From positions 1 to 64,000 of the forward strand of contig NW_026923819.1 of assembly GCF_032062105.1 (NCBI RefSeq): DNA of 64,000 nucleotides, written 5' to 3'. The DNA is from Saccostrea cucullata. Its lineage: Eukaryota. The notes under the pieces are model-generated. The model was not told the origin of the DNA and did not search any database. It saw nothing but the letters and a program-made list of their open reading frames with translations. Shown here one piece after another: positions 1 through 12,692 of this stretch (positions are counted from its first letter, which is position 1; the number at the start of each line of letters is the position of its first letter). The position numbers and the translations under genes were made by a program.

Positions 1-91
1 TATAAAGGTTTATATAGAGAACGTACAAAAAATTGCTAGTTTTTATATACTAACTATTTCGGATAAAGTTCTTCCGCCGATCCTTTGTTTT

Positions 92-152
92 TAGCTCTAC
101 TGGTCAGAGACCAGAAGAGCTTATGCAATAGTAATGCGTCCGGCGTCCGTCC

Positions 153-187
<35 letters not shown>

Positions 188-1450
188 AGTCTGTAAACAA
201 TTTTTCAAAACGCTAGTCCTCCTACAGTTATGGTCTGATTTCAATATAACTTGGCACACAAGTAGACTACACTACATGTAAGATACATAGAATTGTGCAT
301 CGGTTTTTAATTTCGATGAACGGTGTTGCCATGGTTACTAAAAATAGACTTTTCTGTGAAATTCCTTCAAAACGCTACTCCTTCAACAGTTTTGGTCTGA
401 TTTTAATATAACTTGGCACAAAAGTAGACTACACTAAGATACATAGAATAGTGCATCAGTTTTTGATTTCGATGAACGGTGTTGCCATGGTTACTAAAAA
501 TAAAATTTTCTATGAAATTCCTTTAAAATGCTACTCCTTCTACAGTTTTGGTCTTATTTAAATAAAACTTGGCACACAAGTAGACTACACTTAGATACAT
601 AGAATAGTGCATCGGTTTTTAATTTCGATGAACGGTGTTGCCATGGTTACTAAAAATAGAATTTTCTATGAAATTCCTTTGAAATGCTACTCCTTCTACA
701 GTTTTGGTTTTATTTCAATATAAGTTGGCACACAAGTAGAATACACTAAGATACATAGAATAGTGCATTGGTTTTTAATTTCGATGAACGATGTTGCCAT
801 GGTTACTAAAAATAGAATTTTCTGTGAAATTCCTTTGAAACGCTACTCCTTTTACAGTTTTGGTTTTATTTCAATATAAGTTGGCACACAAGTAGATTAC
901 ACTAAGATACATAGAATAGTGCATAGGTTTTTGATTTCAATGAACGGTGTTGCCATGGTTACTAAAAATAGAATTTTCTGTGAAATTCCTTTAAAACGCT
1001 TCTCCTTCTACAGTTTTGGTCTGATTTCAGTATAACTTGGCACACAAGTAGACTACACTAAGATTCATAGAATAGTGCATCGGTTTTTTGATTTCAATGA
1101 ATGGTGTTGCCACGGTTACTAAAAATAGAATTTTATGTGAAATTCCCTTAAAATGCTACTCCTTCTACAGTTTTAGTTTGATTTCAATATAACTTGGCAC
1201 ACAAGTAGACTACACTAAGATATATAGAATATTGCATTGGTTTTTGATTCCGATGAACGGTTTTACCATGGTTACTAAAAATAGAATTTTCTGTGAAATT
1301 CCTTTAAAATGATACTCCTTCTACAATTTTAGTTTGATTTCGAAATAAGTTGGCACACAAGTAAACTACACAAAGATACATAAAATAGTGAAATGGTTTT
1401 TGATAAATACAAACCAGTAGAGCTACAGTCTCGACAGAGACTTCTGGTTT
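92..1450 (+). mobile_element. Non-autonomous Helentron-associated element (HINE) carrying an internal satellite array
   Basis: 5' subTIR TAGCTCTACTGGT (92-104) with adjacent inverted repeat, (GTCC/GTCT)n microsatellite ~145-195, tandem array, inverted 3' subTIR ACCAGTAGAGCTA (1413-1425), 3' hairpin AGTCTC-GACA-GAGACT (1427-1442); sits in a T-run with no TSD. Confidence 0.85.
205..1405 (+). repeat. ~156-bp tandem repeat, ~7.5-8 monomers
   Basis: Motif TTGGCACACAAGTAGACTACACT recurs near 250, 411, 568, 724, 880, 1036, 1193 and 1349. Confidence 0.9.
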
Positions 1451-2979
1451 CTTTATATCCTCTACCGGAAATAACAATGATGTTGATGCCAAAGTGAAAG
1501 TTGCCACTGCCTTTTTGATTTGAAAATTCGAGGCGAGAGTGCATTGTTTTATTGAAGGAACGAGAACTGAATTAATGTTTTTACCATTTTTGGTGAATAA
1601 ATGTAAGTGTTTATTGCATTATGACAGAGTTCTTCCGCCGATTAATAGGTGCAAACGAAGTTCTATTTGTATCAATGTTATAACATTGTATGAAGAGTTA
1701 CGACCGCCTTTTAAATTTACAAAACGTCAATTTTTGCATCCGCCTGACCTACTTATTACTAAAGCAATTGGTATCATTCATTGCCAACTGACAATAACGC
1801 TATATTCTTCCAATTTAACTATGTCGGGAGCTTTAAGAAATTTAAATAAAGTAGTCTTGCATAGTTTAACATTAAAAAATTAAAGAAATCTTATGGTATA
1901 ATTTGAGCTTTTGCAGGATCTTATGAATATTAATGAGAGGCAAATCACGTGGGAGCAACCTCATGAATAAACTGCACGTCTGCACGTCATTTCTCCATAT
2001 GATAATATTCACACATCGGATGGGCCCTTAGTCCAGGATCTATTTGCCCTGATTATGTTCGTATTTCCGAAGTTGGATGGTCAAAGGAACACAAGATGAA
2101 GATGAATATTGTTGAGACTAAACTCGACGCTGAGTTTCAATGAATGACGGAAGATGGAAAGGAAGAGCAAATGCACATGCGTAATGATGTGACTGAATGA
2201 AGTAAGTGCATTTGAGTGAGAGTTATCTCCCCTGAACTTTTATCTCTATTTGTCTCCATAACAGGACTACAAAATTAAAAAATTATATGTATAAAAATTT
2301 AATTACAATTTGATATAACTTATTTTTTAACCAATTTTGCAATTGATAGGTGCCGGTAGGTTGACGTCGTAGCTGTGTGTAATTGACGTTATGATAATCT
2401 GTACATTTTGTAGTTTTTAAATAAAGGGGTAAAAACATATTATTAAAGAAAAAGTAATAAACACACTCTCTTGAAATTTAAAACATGGTAATTTGAGAAT
2501 ACCTCCAATATTTTTATCGAATATTTTCGAATTGATTAAAGCGAATCCATTGAGTACGTCATATTTTGTAATAAATGTACTCTATAAAAATAGTAAAATT
2601 TGCTAATTTCTTGTATTTTGAGATGCCCCCTCCGGTAAAAAGACGGTAGCATTTTGTGTTTTTTGCATATATTTTATAATTTAGTATTACTCTTCAAATA
2701 TTATAGTTTGAACAAAATGTCTAATGTAGTATTTGTATAATTTGCTGTAAAGTGCAAAAAATTGGCATTTTCCTATATAATTCTGTAGTAAATATACCTG
2801 TATTTTGAGACGGTCTCTTAAAAATACCTAGACGGTAGATTTTCCCCAAACTTTGCATGTAATCTGTAGTTAATGTAAGTTATGTATGGTATAAAAATTA
2901 TGAGTTTCGCTATTGTACTTTTCACATAATAAATCTATAGTCGGCCCCCTTAACTCATATTGAGTTAAGTCGGATTATA

Positions 2980-3081
2980 TAGTCTCGTTCAACCAGACCC
3001 TCGGCTGTCTCCGTAAATCTCCGACCACCACTGCTGGTCGGAGTTTACGGAGACAGCCGAAGGTCTGGTTGAACGAGACTA
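2980..3081. mobile_element. 102-bp palindromic MITE, TAG termini, 9-bp TSD (AcademH-like)
   Basis: TAGTCTCGTTCAACCAGACC...GGTCTGGTTGAACGAGACTA flanked by CGGATTATA at 2971-2979 and 3082-3090; superfamily inferred only from termini and TSD length. Confidence 0.8.
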
Positions 3082-3293
3082 CGGATTATAACAATGGTAA
3101 ACAGATTATATGTACAGAATTGTCATGTTTATAATCAAAGTATTTCCTAAACTATAGATTTGATTTTTCAACGAATGTTTAATTATGACTTCATTTGTTT
3201 CCGGAATAAGTTGTGTTGCTCTGTTTAGAGTCATGTTTTAGAGTTTGTAATCTGTTTCCGGTTTGAGGGAAAACGTTAACAAATACAGTTGAA

Positions 3294-3919
3294 CCACAGG
3301 GGCATCTTATCCACTCTGTTCTCTATTTCACATATAAAAATACACAAGGGAAGAATCGAAAGTAGCACACGATTTTTTAAAAAAGTCAAAAAACAACATA
3401 CTTGAGAAAAGTTACACAAATCCTGAAAGGAACTAGCGCAAATAATGTCCTAGTACTTACCCAGGCTAAAATATTCCAGATATATCCATCGAAAATAGCT
3501 TTTATCCAACTAAAACCCCAGCTTTCTGCACAGTGTGAATCTCTGCGCCCAAGAAAAGATAACTCACCCGGATGACAATAGAAAAGTACCCGAAGTATTC
3601 CGAGAGCAATCAGAAGGCCTCGGGTACTTTTCTATTGTCATCCGGGTGAGTTATCTTTTCTTGGGCGCAGAGATTCACACTGTGCAGAAAGCTGGGGTTT
3701 TAGTTGGATAAAAGCTATTTTCGATGGATATATCTGGAATATTTTAGCCTGGGTAAGTACTAGGACATTATTTGCGCTAGTTCCTTTCAGGATTTGTGTA
3801 ACTTTTCTCAAGTAAGTTGTTTTTTGACTTTTTTAAAAAATCGTGTGCTACTTTCGATTCTTCCCTTGTGTATTTTTATATGTAAAATAGAGAACAGAGT
3901 GGATAAGATGCCCCTGTGG
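3294..3919. mobile_element. Foldback-type element with ~300-bp inverted arms
   Basis: 3292-3593 is the reverse complement of 3620-3921 (about 2 mismatches seen), 26-bp spacer; probable 5-bp TSD TTGAA/TTGGA. Confidence 0.8.
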
Positions 3920-3921
3920 TT

Positions 3922-4398
3922 GGACCCGGACCACAATTAGCTTACATATAGACTTATATAGTAAAAACATGTGTTTTATTTTCTTTGTAACTTTTTTTAA
4001 AAATCTTCATTTCCAAAATATCTTTGACCACATGATAGAGCAATGTGTCAGATCAATATTCACATCCAGAAATAAGGGTGTTGAATGTGGAATTCCCTGG
4101 TTATTAATAAACTTCTGACGTCATGACCTCGGGATAGCTCTCGCTTGGCAAAAAAAGTGTAAACAAACCAAATGAATGCTCTTTTCAATTCATATTTCTA
4201 GGCATAATTTTTGCTTGAAATGCACCTTGCTGCATATCATTGTAAACTTTAGACACTCTACTTTTATTCTATACCCCAAAAGTATCTAAAACATGTGAGC
4301 TATTTCTATTTTGATGATTGAAAGGGAGGCATATGAATTTCCTACATATGCTACGTTTTAGCCATTTGACCTTCACCCTTTAATTGTGGCCCGGATCC
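3922..4398 (+). repeat. Left long terminal direct repeat (LTDR)
   Basis: GGACCCGGACCACAATTA...TAATTGTGGCCCGGATCC; matches 10110-10585. Confidence 0.92.
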
Positions 4399-5103
4399 TA
4401 TATGGAGGCATAAAATTCATTAAAAAATTTTAAGGCCATATTTGAAATCCTTAGATACTACTTAACTAATATACCAAGTTTGATTGAAATTGGTTGATAT
4501 CTACATGTAAAATTACATATTGTGTATACTAAGGCAATACAGGAAAGAAAATGGCAAAAAATGGCAAGTATGAAATTTTAAAATTGAAATATGTAAAAAC
4601 TGTTAGACAATAAAAGGAACTAATTATTACAAGTAAGTTGTTGATACCTCTTAAACACACACACACTCTTAAATATGTAAAATACAAGATTTTTAGATTT
4701 CTAGGTAATTTGATGATCTGTACCCTGCATTTTCATAAAATTTTCTTAAATTAAGAAATATAAAATCTATCATGAAAATCTGAGAGTGACAATAGGGGTA
4801 AACATTTAAAGTACATTTATTCATAAATCAAATGATGTATCACATTACTGATAAAAGTGTACATAACATTCAAAATAAACAGATTTTTAAGCCCACCCCC
4901 ATATCCTTTTTCCTGATTGTGAAGAGGGGCCATGTGCAGCTGATTGGCTAAGAGTCTTTGTATAGGTAATCTTAATACCCTATGGGAGTCTGTTTTGACA
5001 GGTGATTGTCAAAGGAATATATTGCAGTAAAAACCACTAAAAAAGTGTCCAAATAAACATTGTCATAATTCAATCTTGCTTTCAAATCCACTCTTCACTA
5101 CAC

Positions 5104-7101
5104 ATGAAAACAATGAAAGGTGACCATAAAAGAAGAACAAATCTTACTTTTGGATTTTAAAAAGGGAACACTCATTATATTAAGGCTCATCAGGCTACGT
5201 CAAACGCCGCAGGAGCTTCAAGTTCAGCGTCAAACATCCAGGGATCCCCAGAGACTGAGACAGCACATCCCCTTGCTGAAGGCCAGGAAAACATCCCAAA
5301 GACACCGATCCTTCGTCCCAGACCTGAGCCATGCCAGGAGCTAAAAAATGAAGAGACGTCTTATGAGTTTGAGGGAAACCGCATTGTTGACATAACATTG
5401 GTCTTGGAAATGTTTAATGATGCAGCCAAATGCCACTTTGACCAGGCCAAGCACTGTAATTTTCCAGTGTGGGAATACTCAGGACAGAGGAAATGGGGGT
5501 TTGGATGGCAGAAGAGACTACTGTGTACGGTATGTAATTTTCAGACAAATTACTATAAATTATACACTGAAATTCCTACCTTCAACAAACCAGGCCCTAA
5601 TCCTGCCAGTATCAACTGGAACTTTCAGTTAGCCCTGCAGAACACCTCCATGGGGAATCGACGCAGTCGGGAAATGGTAGCTGCCTTGGACATTCCACCT
5701 CCTAACCGCAGTTCCATGCAAAGGGCCAGCAACCAGGTCAACACAGCCACTCTAGCCCTGAATAAAAAAGACATGGGTGAGAAGAGACAACTGGTTAAGG
5801 CCATCAACCAGGTCAAAGGTCAAGAACATCCAGAGGAACTGGACATTGCCATAGATGGACGCTACAACTCCATAACCTTCGGTAGCAGCAAAAAGCCAGG
5901 CTACAATGCATCACAAGCTTACGCCATTGCATGCGAGACCAACACCGACAAACAGTATATTATTGGCACGGCAATGCAGAACAAACTTTGCTGGACTGGA
6001 ACCTGGCTTCGAGGTAATGGTTATGATGTTCATTGTCCGGGGGGTCATGAAGACTGCACAGCTAATATTGAAATGTTCTCACCTCTTTCAGAGTACGAGA
6101 TGGCTAAATCCATAGGCGAAGATCTGGCAGCGGACGGGTTCAAGGTGAAGCACGCCACAACAGACGGTGATGCCCGGTCAGCCCAGGGATTCCAAGATGC
6201 CATGCGTATTTTTCATCCAGACTGGCAAGTCACTCGACTGGCCGACCCAACCCATGTCAGCAGAGCCCAGTTCCGGCAGTGTCGCAGTGCCCACTTCAGC
6301 CCCGAGATGTTTCCCTGCAAAACAAGAACGAGGTTAGACGACATGAGAAAAGTTTTTGCACAAGATGTAAAGGCCCGGTGCAGCTTAGTCTATAAGAAAC
6401 TCATGGATACCTACACTGGAGACATCAACATCATCTGTAGTAAACTTCCTCTTGTCGTAGAAAGTACCATCCTCTGCTACTCAGGAGACTGTTCAAAATG
6501 TCGAAGGAATTCAGTGGTGTGTGAAGGTGGAGACAGACACAACTGGTGGAATCAGTCTTATATCCTCGCCCCGAACAAACTGACATCCCTGCACCTGAAT
6601 GAAAATGACAAGCACTTGTTAAAAGTCATTCTTGAGATGCGACTTAGCCAAAGTGCCATTGAGGAAATGAAACTCAACACGTCAACTCAGAAATGTGAGG
6701 GTCTTAACAGAGCAGTCAGCGAAGTTTTACCTAAGCACACCAACTATTCAAGAAATGCTGAAGGAATCCTCTCAGCTGAGATTTTAAGACAAAACAACAG
6801 TCCAGGACTAGCAACATCCATGAAAGCAGCAGAGATTACATTGCCACTGTCCGGCCACACACATCAGTACCTAAAAAGCATTGACCAGGAATATGCCTAT
6901 CGTAGAGAATACAGAAAGAGAAAAGCAGTTAAAAGGCGAGAAATGCAGAGAAAAGCTACGATAATAAAACATCATGCGGCGTATAGAAAAGGAAAGACCA
7001 AACCCAGATGCACCTAAAACAAAGGGCAACTTGATCCCAAACCCACCTACCTACAGTCCAAGGGAGACAATCCAGAGGATCACACCTACTACCAGACATG
7101 A
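5104..7101 (+). pseudogene. DDD/E transposase (Kolobok-type; 'Mutator-like' domain) with two nonsense codons
   Basis: ORF 5398-7017 has AIDGRYNS, TTDGD, DPTH and TQKCEGLNR motifs plus Cys/His clusters. The same frame extends upstream to ATG 5104 through TAA 5158-5160 (GF*KGN) and downstream through TAA 7015-7017 (*NKGQLDP...DHTY) to TGA 7101. Confidence 0.8.
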
Positions 7102-7914
7102 GTTGCCAAGACGAAGACAAAACGGCCCTTCTCAGGGCCAACCAAATTATTCGAAAAGATACCTACTATACAAAGTCGTATAAGAAACGTGTAAAAATTA
7201 ACACCAGGCCACAACCCCCAAACTTCCACATAAATACATAAGACACATCATACACATACGCACACATGTACATACATGCATCCATACATACTTACTTACT
7301 GATCAATATTTTTGTCAAAAACTACAAACTATAACCCCCCCCCCATCTTCCTAGAAATTACAAACCCATCAACCCCCATTTCTACGTAAGTGAAAAGTAC
7401 ATGTTTTTACACAACATAATTTCCACTTACCTGAAATTATACACTCCAATACACAACCTCTGTCTGCATGTGCAATATTATGAGTCGGGCAAAGCCTGAA
7501 TCCCATTTCCACGTGCGGTTTCCTGCAAATAAATCCATGCACATGTTATTGTAAATATTGGCCCAATCACCACCTTCTTATTGCGCCTTATTTTGGGTGG
7601 GGGGAATCAATGGATAGCTTGTCTGTCATTTCCAATAAACACCTCGTCTTTCATCTATGACTTCAAAGGGACCCCTTATTAAGAATACACATGCAAATAC
7701 ACATTACAAAACAGTTTTTCTATTTTTAAAAAGGAACTATCTTCGTGGTCAATGAATGCACTAATGAACATTTTCGGAATCACGTACACCTGACAACGTA
7801 CTACGGACTGCGGACTTTACAGGTGAGGGAACATGTCAAAAGCGTAATTTAACGAATATCCCTCTAGGTATTGCATTTCTTTTAAAAATTAATAATTGCT
7901 ATTCAACTGTTCCA

Positions 7915-8218
7915 TACGGAAGCCTATTTAGGACCCATCAAAAATATTTTTGAATTCATTATACCGATTTTTAGAATTCTTTATAACGAATTTAATCTGT
8001 AATAACAGATTAAATTCGTAATAACGAATTCAATGAATCTGTTATAACAAATTAAATTCGTTATTACGAATTAAATAAATCTGTTAAAATAAATTAAATT
8101 CGTTATAACGAATTCAATAAATCTGTATTAACAAAATTAATTCGTTATAACGAATTCTAAAAAAATCGTTATAACGAATTCAAAAATATTTTTGATAGGT
8201 CCTAAATGGGCTTCCGTA
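7915..8218. mobile_element. MITE with TACGG termini and 6-bp TSD (IS3EU-like)
   Basis: TACGGAAGCC...GGCTTCCGTA, GTTCCA duplicated on both sides, internal palindromic ATTCGTTATAACGAAT repeats. Confidence 0.8.
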
Positions 8219-8610
8219 GTTCCAGGAGAAAATTATTATTAATTATTTTTATGAAGATACAATTAACCTCTTGCAAACCTACAAAATTTAGAGTATTTAA
8301 GCCTTCTTAATAATATTTCTTATATAAACATGCATACTAATATTTGTTTATCTGATCCAAAATATCTTGTTTATTTTCCAAACTTCTCAATAACTTAACT
8401 TAAAAAAATGATCTATCACCTGAATATGGTGTGTGTGTGGGGGGGGGGACTAAGATCAATTGATAGATATTTATTTACAGAAAAAAACACGTATTAAAAA
8501 AAAATGCACACTCTTTTATCTAACCAATTGCACTAAGATTAATAAAAAGAAGCGTTTTAGAAAACGATTAGTATAAATCCAAAACTTACCAATGGATCTT
8601 ATTATTATAA

Positions 8611-8930
8611 CTAGAAGTCTCTGTCGAGACTGTACCTTAACTGGTTTATACTTAAAACAAAGGAAGAGAAAAGTAGGAGTTGTGACTTGAAACTTTAATA
8701 GATAGAAAAATTGACACCTTGCCGTTTATCAAAGCAAAATCCGATGCAAAGAAATATGTATCTTAGTGTAGTCTACTTGTGTGCCAAGTTATATTGAAAT
8801 CAGACAAAATCTGTAGGAGTCGCAATTTGAAAAATTGTTTACAGACAGACAGACAAAAGGACAGACGGACGGACGCCGGACGCATTACTATTGCATAAGA
8901 TTTTCTGATCTTTGACCAGTAAAGCTAAAA
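8611..8930 (-). mobile_element. Short copy of the HINE family at 92-1450 (about one monomer)
   Basis: Reverse-complement matches to the 5' subTIR, GTCC/GTCT microsatellite, satellite monomer and 3' hairpin. Confidence 0.8.
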
Positions 8931-10109
8931 ACGCTCTATTTTTGTGCATGTGCCAGAGTGTTATAGATATTTCCAATTCATTTTGATTCAATTTTATGCT
9001 TTAATTAAATTATAACAAAAGTTTTAAAATTTGCGTACAGAAGTTGATATAAAGTGTTTTGACCCCCCCCCCCCCCCCCCCCAATAATGTTAAATGCTTG
9101 AAATACTTACACAGGACCATAGAGTTGCTGGCCTTTTATTCACGAAATCAGTAATTGAATTTAGCATCATTTGGAAAAATACTAAATTTATTCAGCAGTT
9201 TACAGGGTTTGTGAAATACTTTTCCATACAAAGGTTTTCAACTTTTTCTATCCCTTGTTCTTGTGGTCCATATATATATATTTTTCAAATAAAAAATTAG
9301 GCTTGAGAACTATAGAGCCCGATCTCATAAAATTTGAAGCAGAACAATGATCTATAGATCTATTTAATTGATAAATATAACCCTTTCAATTGGTTTTAAG
9401 AAATAAATAAAGTGTTTTCTGCAATGTATAAATAATTAATTCTGGGAAGGGAAATGTTGCTGAAAAATCTAGTGAGGCAGTTGCCTCATTGCCACAATGG
9501 AAGCTACGCGGCCTAAGCCCCTGAAGATTCCAACACAATCTTTGATTTATTCGCATTACTAAAAAGTATTGCAGATATTTTTACAATACTTACATGTTTG
9601 TGCATATAATCAAAATGCTGATAGATATTTTTTAATTACTCAATAAACACAAATAACGCATGTAATTATGTTGATTCTTTTATCTTTTTCCATGTTTAAA
9701 TTGTGTGCATGGAGAAATCCCAGAATATTGAAAAATATAGGTACACTAAAGCTAAGAAAGACCGAGAACGAATTTCTATACGTTCCCTTAAAGCGGTCTT
9801 TTGTTCAAAAGTCCGCAGTCCGTAGTACGGTGTCAGGTGTATGAGATTCCGAAAATGTTCAATGTGACCTCTTTCACCGACATATCAATTCCCCTGAAAT
9901 ATTGCATTCTGGGATGCATAATTTATTTTTTTTTTTTTCAATCACTCAAAAAATTTTAATTTTTATAAAAATTAATTTTAAAATGCTTAAATATTTTTTT
10001 TAAATTTTCATGAAACTATTTCAAAATGCATAACCCACCTCCTGTCAAAATTTCATTGTAATATCTTTAAAAATAAATTCAGGGGAATCCCTCAAACACC
10101 CCATCATAA

Positions 10110-10585
10110 GGACCCGGACCACAATTAGCTTACATATAGACTTATATAGTAAAAACATGTGTTTTATTTTCTTTGTAACTTTTTTAAAAATCTTCATTTC
10201 CAAAATATCTTTGACCACATGATAGAGCAATGTGTCAGATCAATATTCACATCCAGAAATAAGGGTGTTGAATGTGGAATTCCCTGGTTATTAATAAACT
10301 TCTGACGTCATGACCTCGGGATAGCTCTCGCTTGGCAAAAAAAGTGTAAACAAACCAAATGAATGCTCTTTTCAATTCATATTTCTAGGCATAGTTTTTG
10401 CTTGAAATGCACCTTGCTGCATATCATTGTAAACTTTAGACACTCTACTTTTATTCTATACCCCAAAAGTATCTAAAACATGTGAGGTATTTCTATTTTG
10501 ATGATTGAAAGGGAGGCATATGAATTTCCTACATATGCTACGTTTTAGCCATTTGACCTTCACCCTTTAATTGTGGCCCGGATCC
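10110..10585 (+). repeat. Right long terminal direct repeat (LTDR)
   Basis: Differs from 3922-4398 by about 2 substitutions and one T indel (by eye). Confidence 0.92.
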
Positions 10586-10810
10586 AGTTGTGAATGTGTT
10601 TTGGCTGTTTCGGACATAACAATATGGTATGGTAATATGCTTTACGGTGTGACCGTTGGGGCGAGCGCAGTTTATTTACTATCATAAACCTACACATGTA
10701 CTGTCTATCGTTCAAGAAAAAGAAAGCAAAAAGAATAAAACAAAACCAATCTCTCACCACAGGGCGTCATCATAGAAGCTGAAAAACTATGGGCTTAAAA
10801 CGGGACATAC

Positions 10811-11875
10811 CAGTGGCGGATCCAGATCTAGAAGTTCATATGGGGGGGTTTTGGGGCCCAAAGGGCCGAAGGGGGAGGGCATGGGAGGGGGTGTCCCCCT
10901 CCCATAGGTGGGGGTTCGGGGGGCCTTCCCCGGGAAAATTTTGTTTAAAATGGTTCTAAATGGTGCATTTTCCAGCATTTTGGGCGTACTTTTTGTAGCT
11001 TCTTTTAAAAGACCGATCCTCACAAATTTTTAATAAAATGTTTTCAATTTAATTTAACTTAAACACAAGACTTAAGACCTTGCTTTAAAAAAATGTTAAA
11101 TCTGACAATTTTTGGAATGCAAGCAGTTGACTTCAAGTTATCTTAGTTTACTTTAAATGCGCCTACAATTAATTAAGTCCAATGTCAAGATGATTTCCAA
11201 GATACAACTAATAAACCAAATCTTTTAACACTATCAAAAAAAATGAATTCTTTTCAGAATCCTTAATTTGTGCTTTTCAACTTATTTGAGTAGAATCTAT
11301 ATATACTTTCAATATTATTTGGAATATTAACACACGTGTACAATTAATGAAATTTCAAACTGTCTTAACTGAAGTAAAAATTTACATAAACTGGAGAATC
11401 TGTCAAAACTAGAGGGGTTTGCTAAGCCAACCTGGTTTTGTAAAAATATTATATTAATTTAATTTTAAAACGGTAAAAAAAACCCTGAATAATAGTTTTT
11501 TCATAGTTTTAAAAACATGCATTTTATCAGCAAAGAATATTACTGACTGGGAGCAGCACCGTAACTTTGCAGTTTTCTGTTGTTGGTACCTGATTACATT
11601 GTACTGTGACCTTGTGACTTCACTAGATGCACAGACTACCCATGTCTGAGGCACTCTCTCTGTTGATTACCTGTGTATTGTGATCGTTCAAGCGGAAAGT
11701 GATTTCCTGTTACGTAGTGGATGTATATTTCACAGTTGTACAAACAAAGGGTTCATGTTTATTAGAGTCTTATCAATGCAACAAAATGAAAAAATGACAC
11801 TTGTAAAAAAAAAAATCAATTAGTGGGGGGGGGGGTTTTCCCGACCCCCCCTAAACCCCCCTGGATCCGCCATTG
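10811..11875. mobile_element. MITE with CAGTGGCGGATCCAG termini and G/C-rich subterminal runs
   Basis: CAGTGGCGGATCCAG...CTGGATCCGCCATTG; TSD not clean. Confidence 0.7.
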
Positions 11876-12692
11876 CGATACTAAAACAAGTCCCACGGGG
11901 AAAATAAGTCCCAAATGAGTCCCACAGAAAAAGAATGAGTCCCACCAGTAAATATGATATTTTGTTAATATTTAATAACATATTTTTATAGAATATCATT
12001 GTTTAGATATATTTTGAATAAAATTTTGTCACAAAAATGTTTTAGAAACTGCATGGTTACAACGATTAGTTACAAAAACAAAGAACGATAACTCCTATAT
12101 CCTCATATAATTCTATTATAGTGTTTCCTAATCCCAACAATAATGATAACATTTTAGTAGTTTTTGAAAACAAATATTAAAAGATATTATAATTTTATTA
12201 TTAAATTAATTATATTTTAGAAAGTCAGGAAGTTCTAAGATGTTTTCTAAAGATTATGTATAATCTAAGAGCAATAACTCTTACATCTGCCTCAAGTATT
12301 GAAGTAACAAGCCATCCAAATTTTAATTTTAAAAATCTTATGAAACGTTCACAATGTTCCTTGGTTTATATGCCTTCTGTAGCAATTCTAATGACTAAAA
12401 AAATTACTACCTAAAACAGACATTTTCAATCCATTTTTTTTTTTTTTACATAAATTTAACAATTTTACAAATATCAAAACTTGGGAAATTCAATGAATTT
12501 TTTCAATGCTATAGTCTTGTATTTATCAAGCATATGAGAAAGAGACTTCTAATTGATATGTGCATTATGACTATACAGTCCTAGAAAATTCTATAGACCT
12601 ACAAAGCTAAAAGTATTGTTTTAAAGATATAAAAAGTGAACTACTTTACTCATTCATAACAATTGGATGGACTTGGAAGTGATATATATCGG

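Larger units (their letters stand above)
7766..9860. mobile_element. Non-autonomous TIR element nested in the KolobokP internal region
   Basis: 53-bp imperfect TIRs GAACATTTTCGGAATC...CGGACTTT (7766-7818 and 9808-9860); AAT on both sides. Confidence 0.65.
3922..10585 (+). mobile_element. KolobokP-like composite DNA transposon (LTDR-internal-LTDR)
   Basis: Two near-identical ~477-bp direct repeats, each bounded by 18-bp TIRs, flank a Kolobok-type DDD/E transposase; reconstructed 4-bp TSD AGTT (3287-3290 and 10586-10589). Confidence 0.8.

Noticed and set aside
205-1405. Regularly spaced repeats as a CRISPR array
   Set aside because: Whole monomers repeat with no unique spacers; eukaryotic satellite context and no cas genes
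1800-2953. Kolobok-like single ends (GTCGGGAGCTTTAA at ~1835, CGGCCCCCTTAA at ~2953)
   Set aside because: Partner TIRs not found in the window, so boundaries cannot be supported
4800-4925. Possible His-Me finger remnant (DVSH...PDC)
   Set aside because: Stops and wrong spacing; similarity too weak
3922-10585. LTR retrotransposon interpretation of the 477-bp direct repeats
   Set aside because: No TG...CA ends, PBS, gag or RT; the interior encodes a DDD/E transposase
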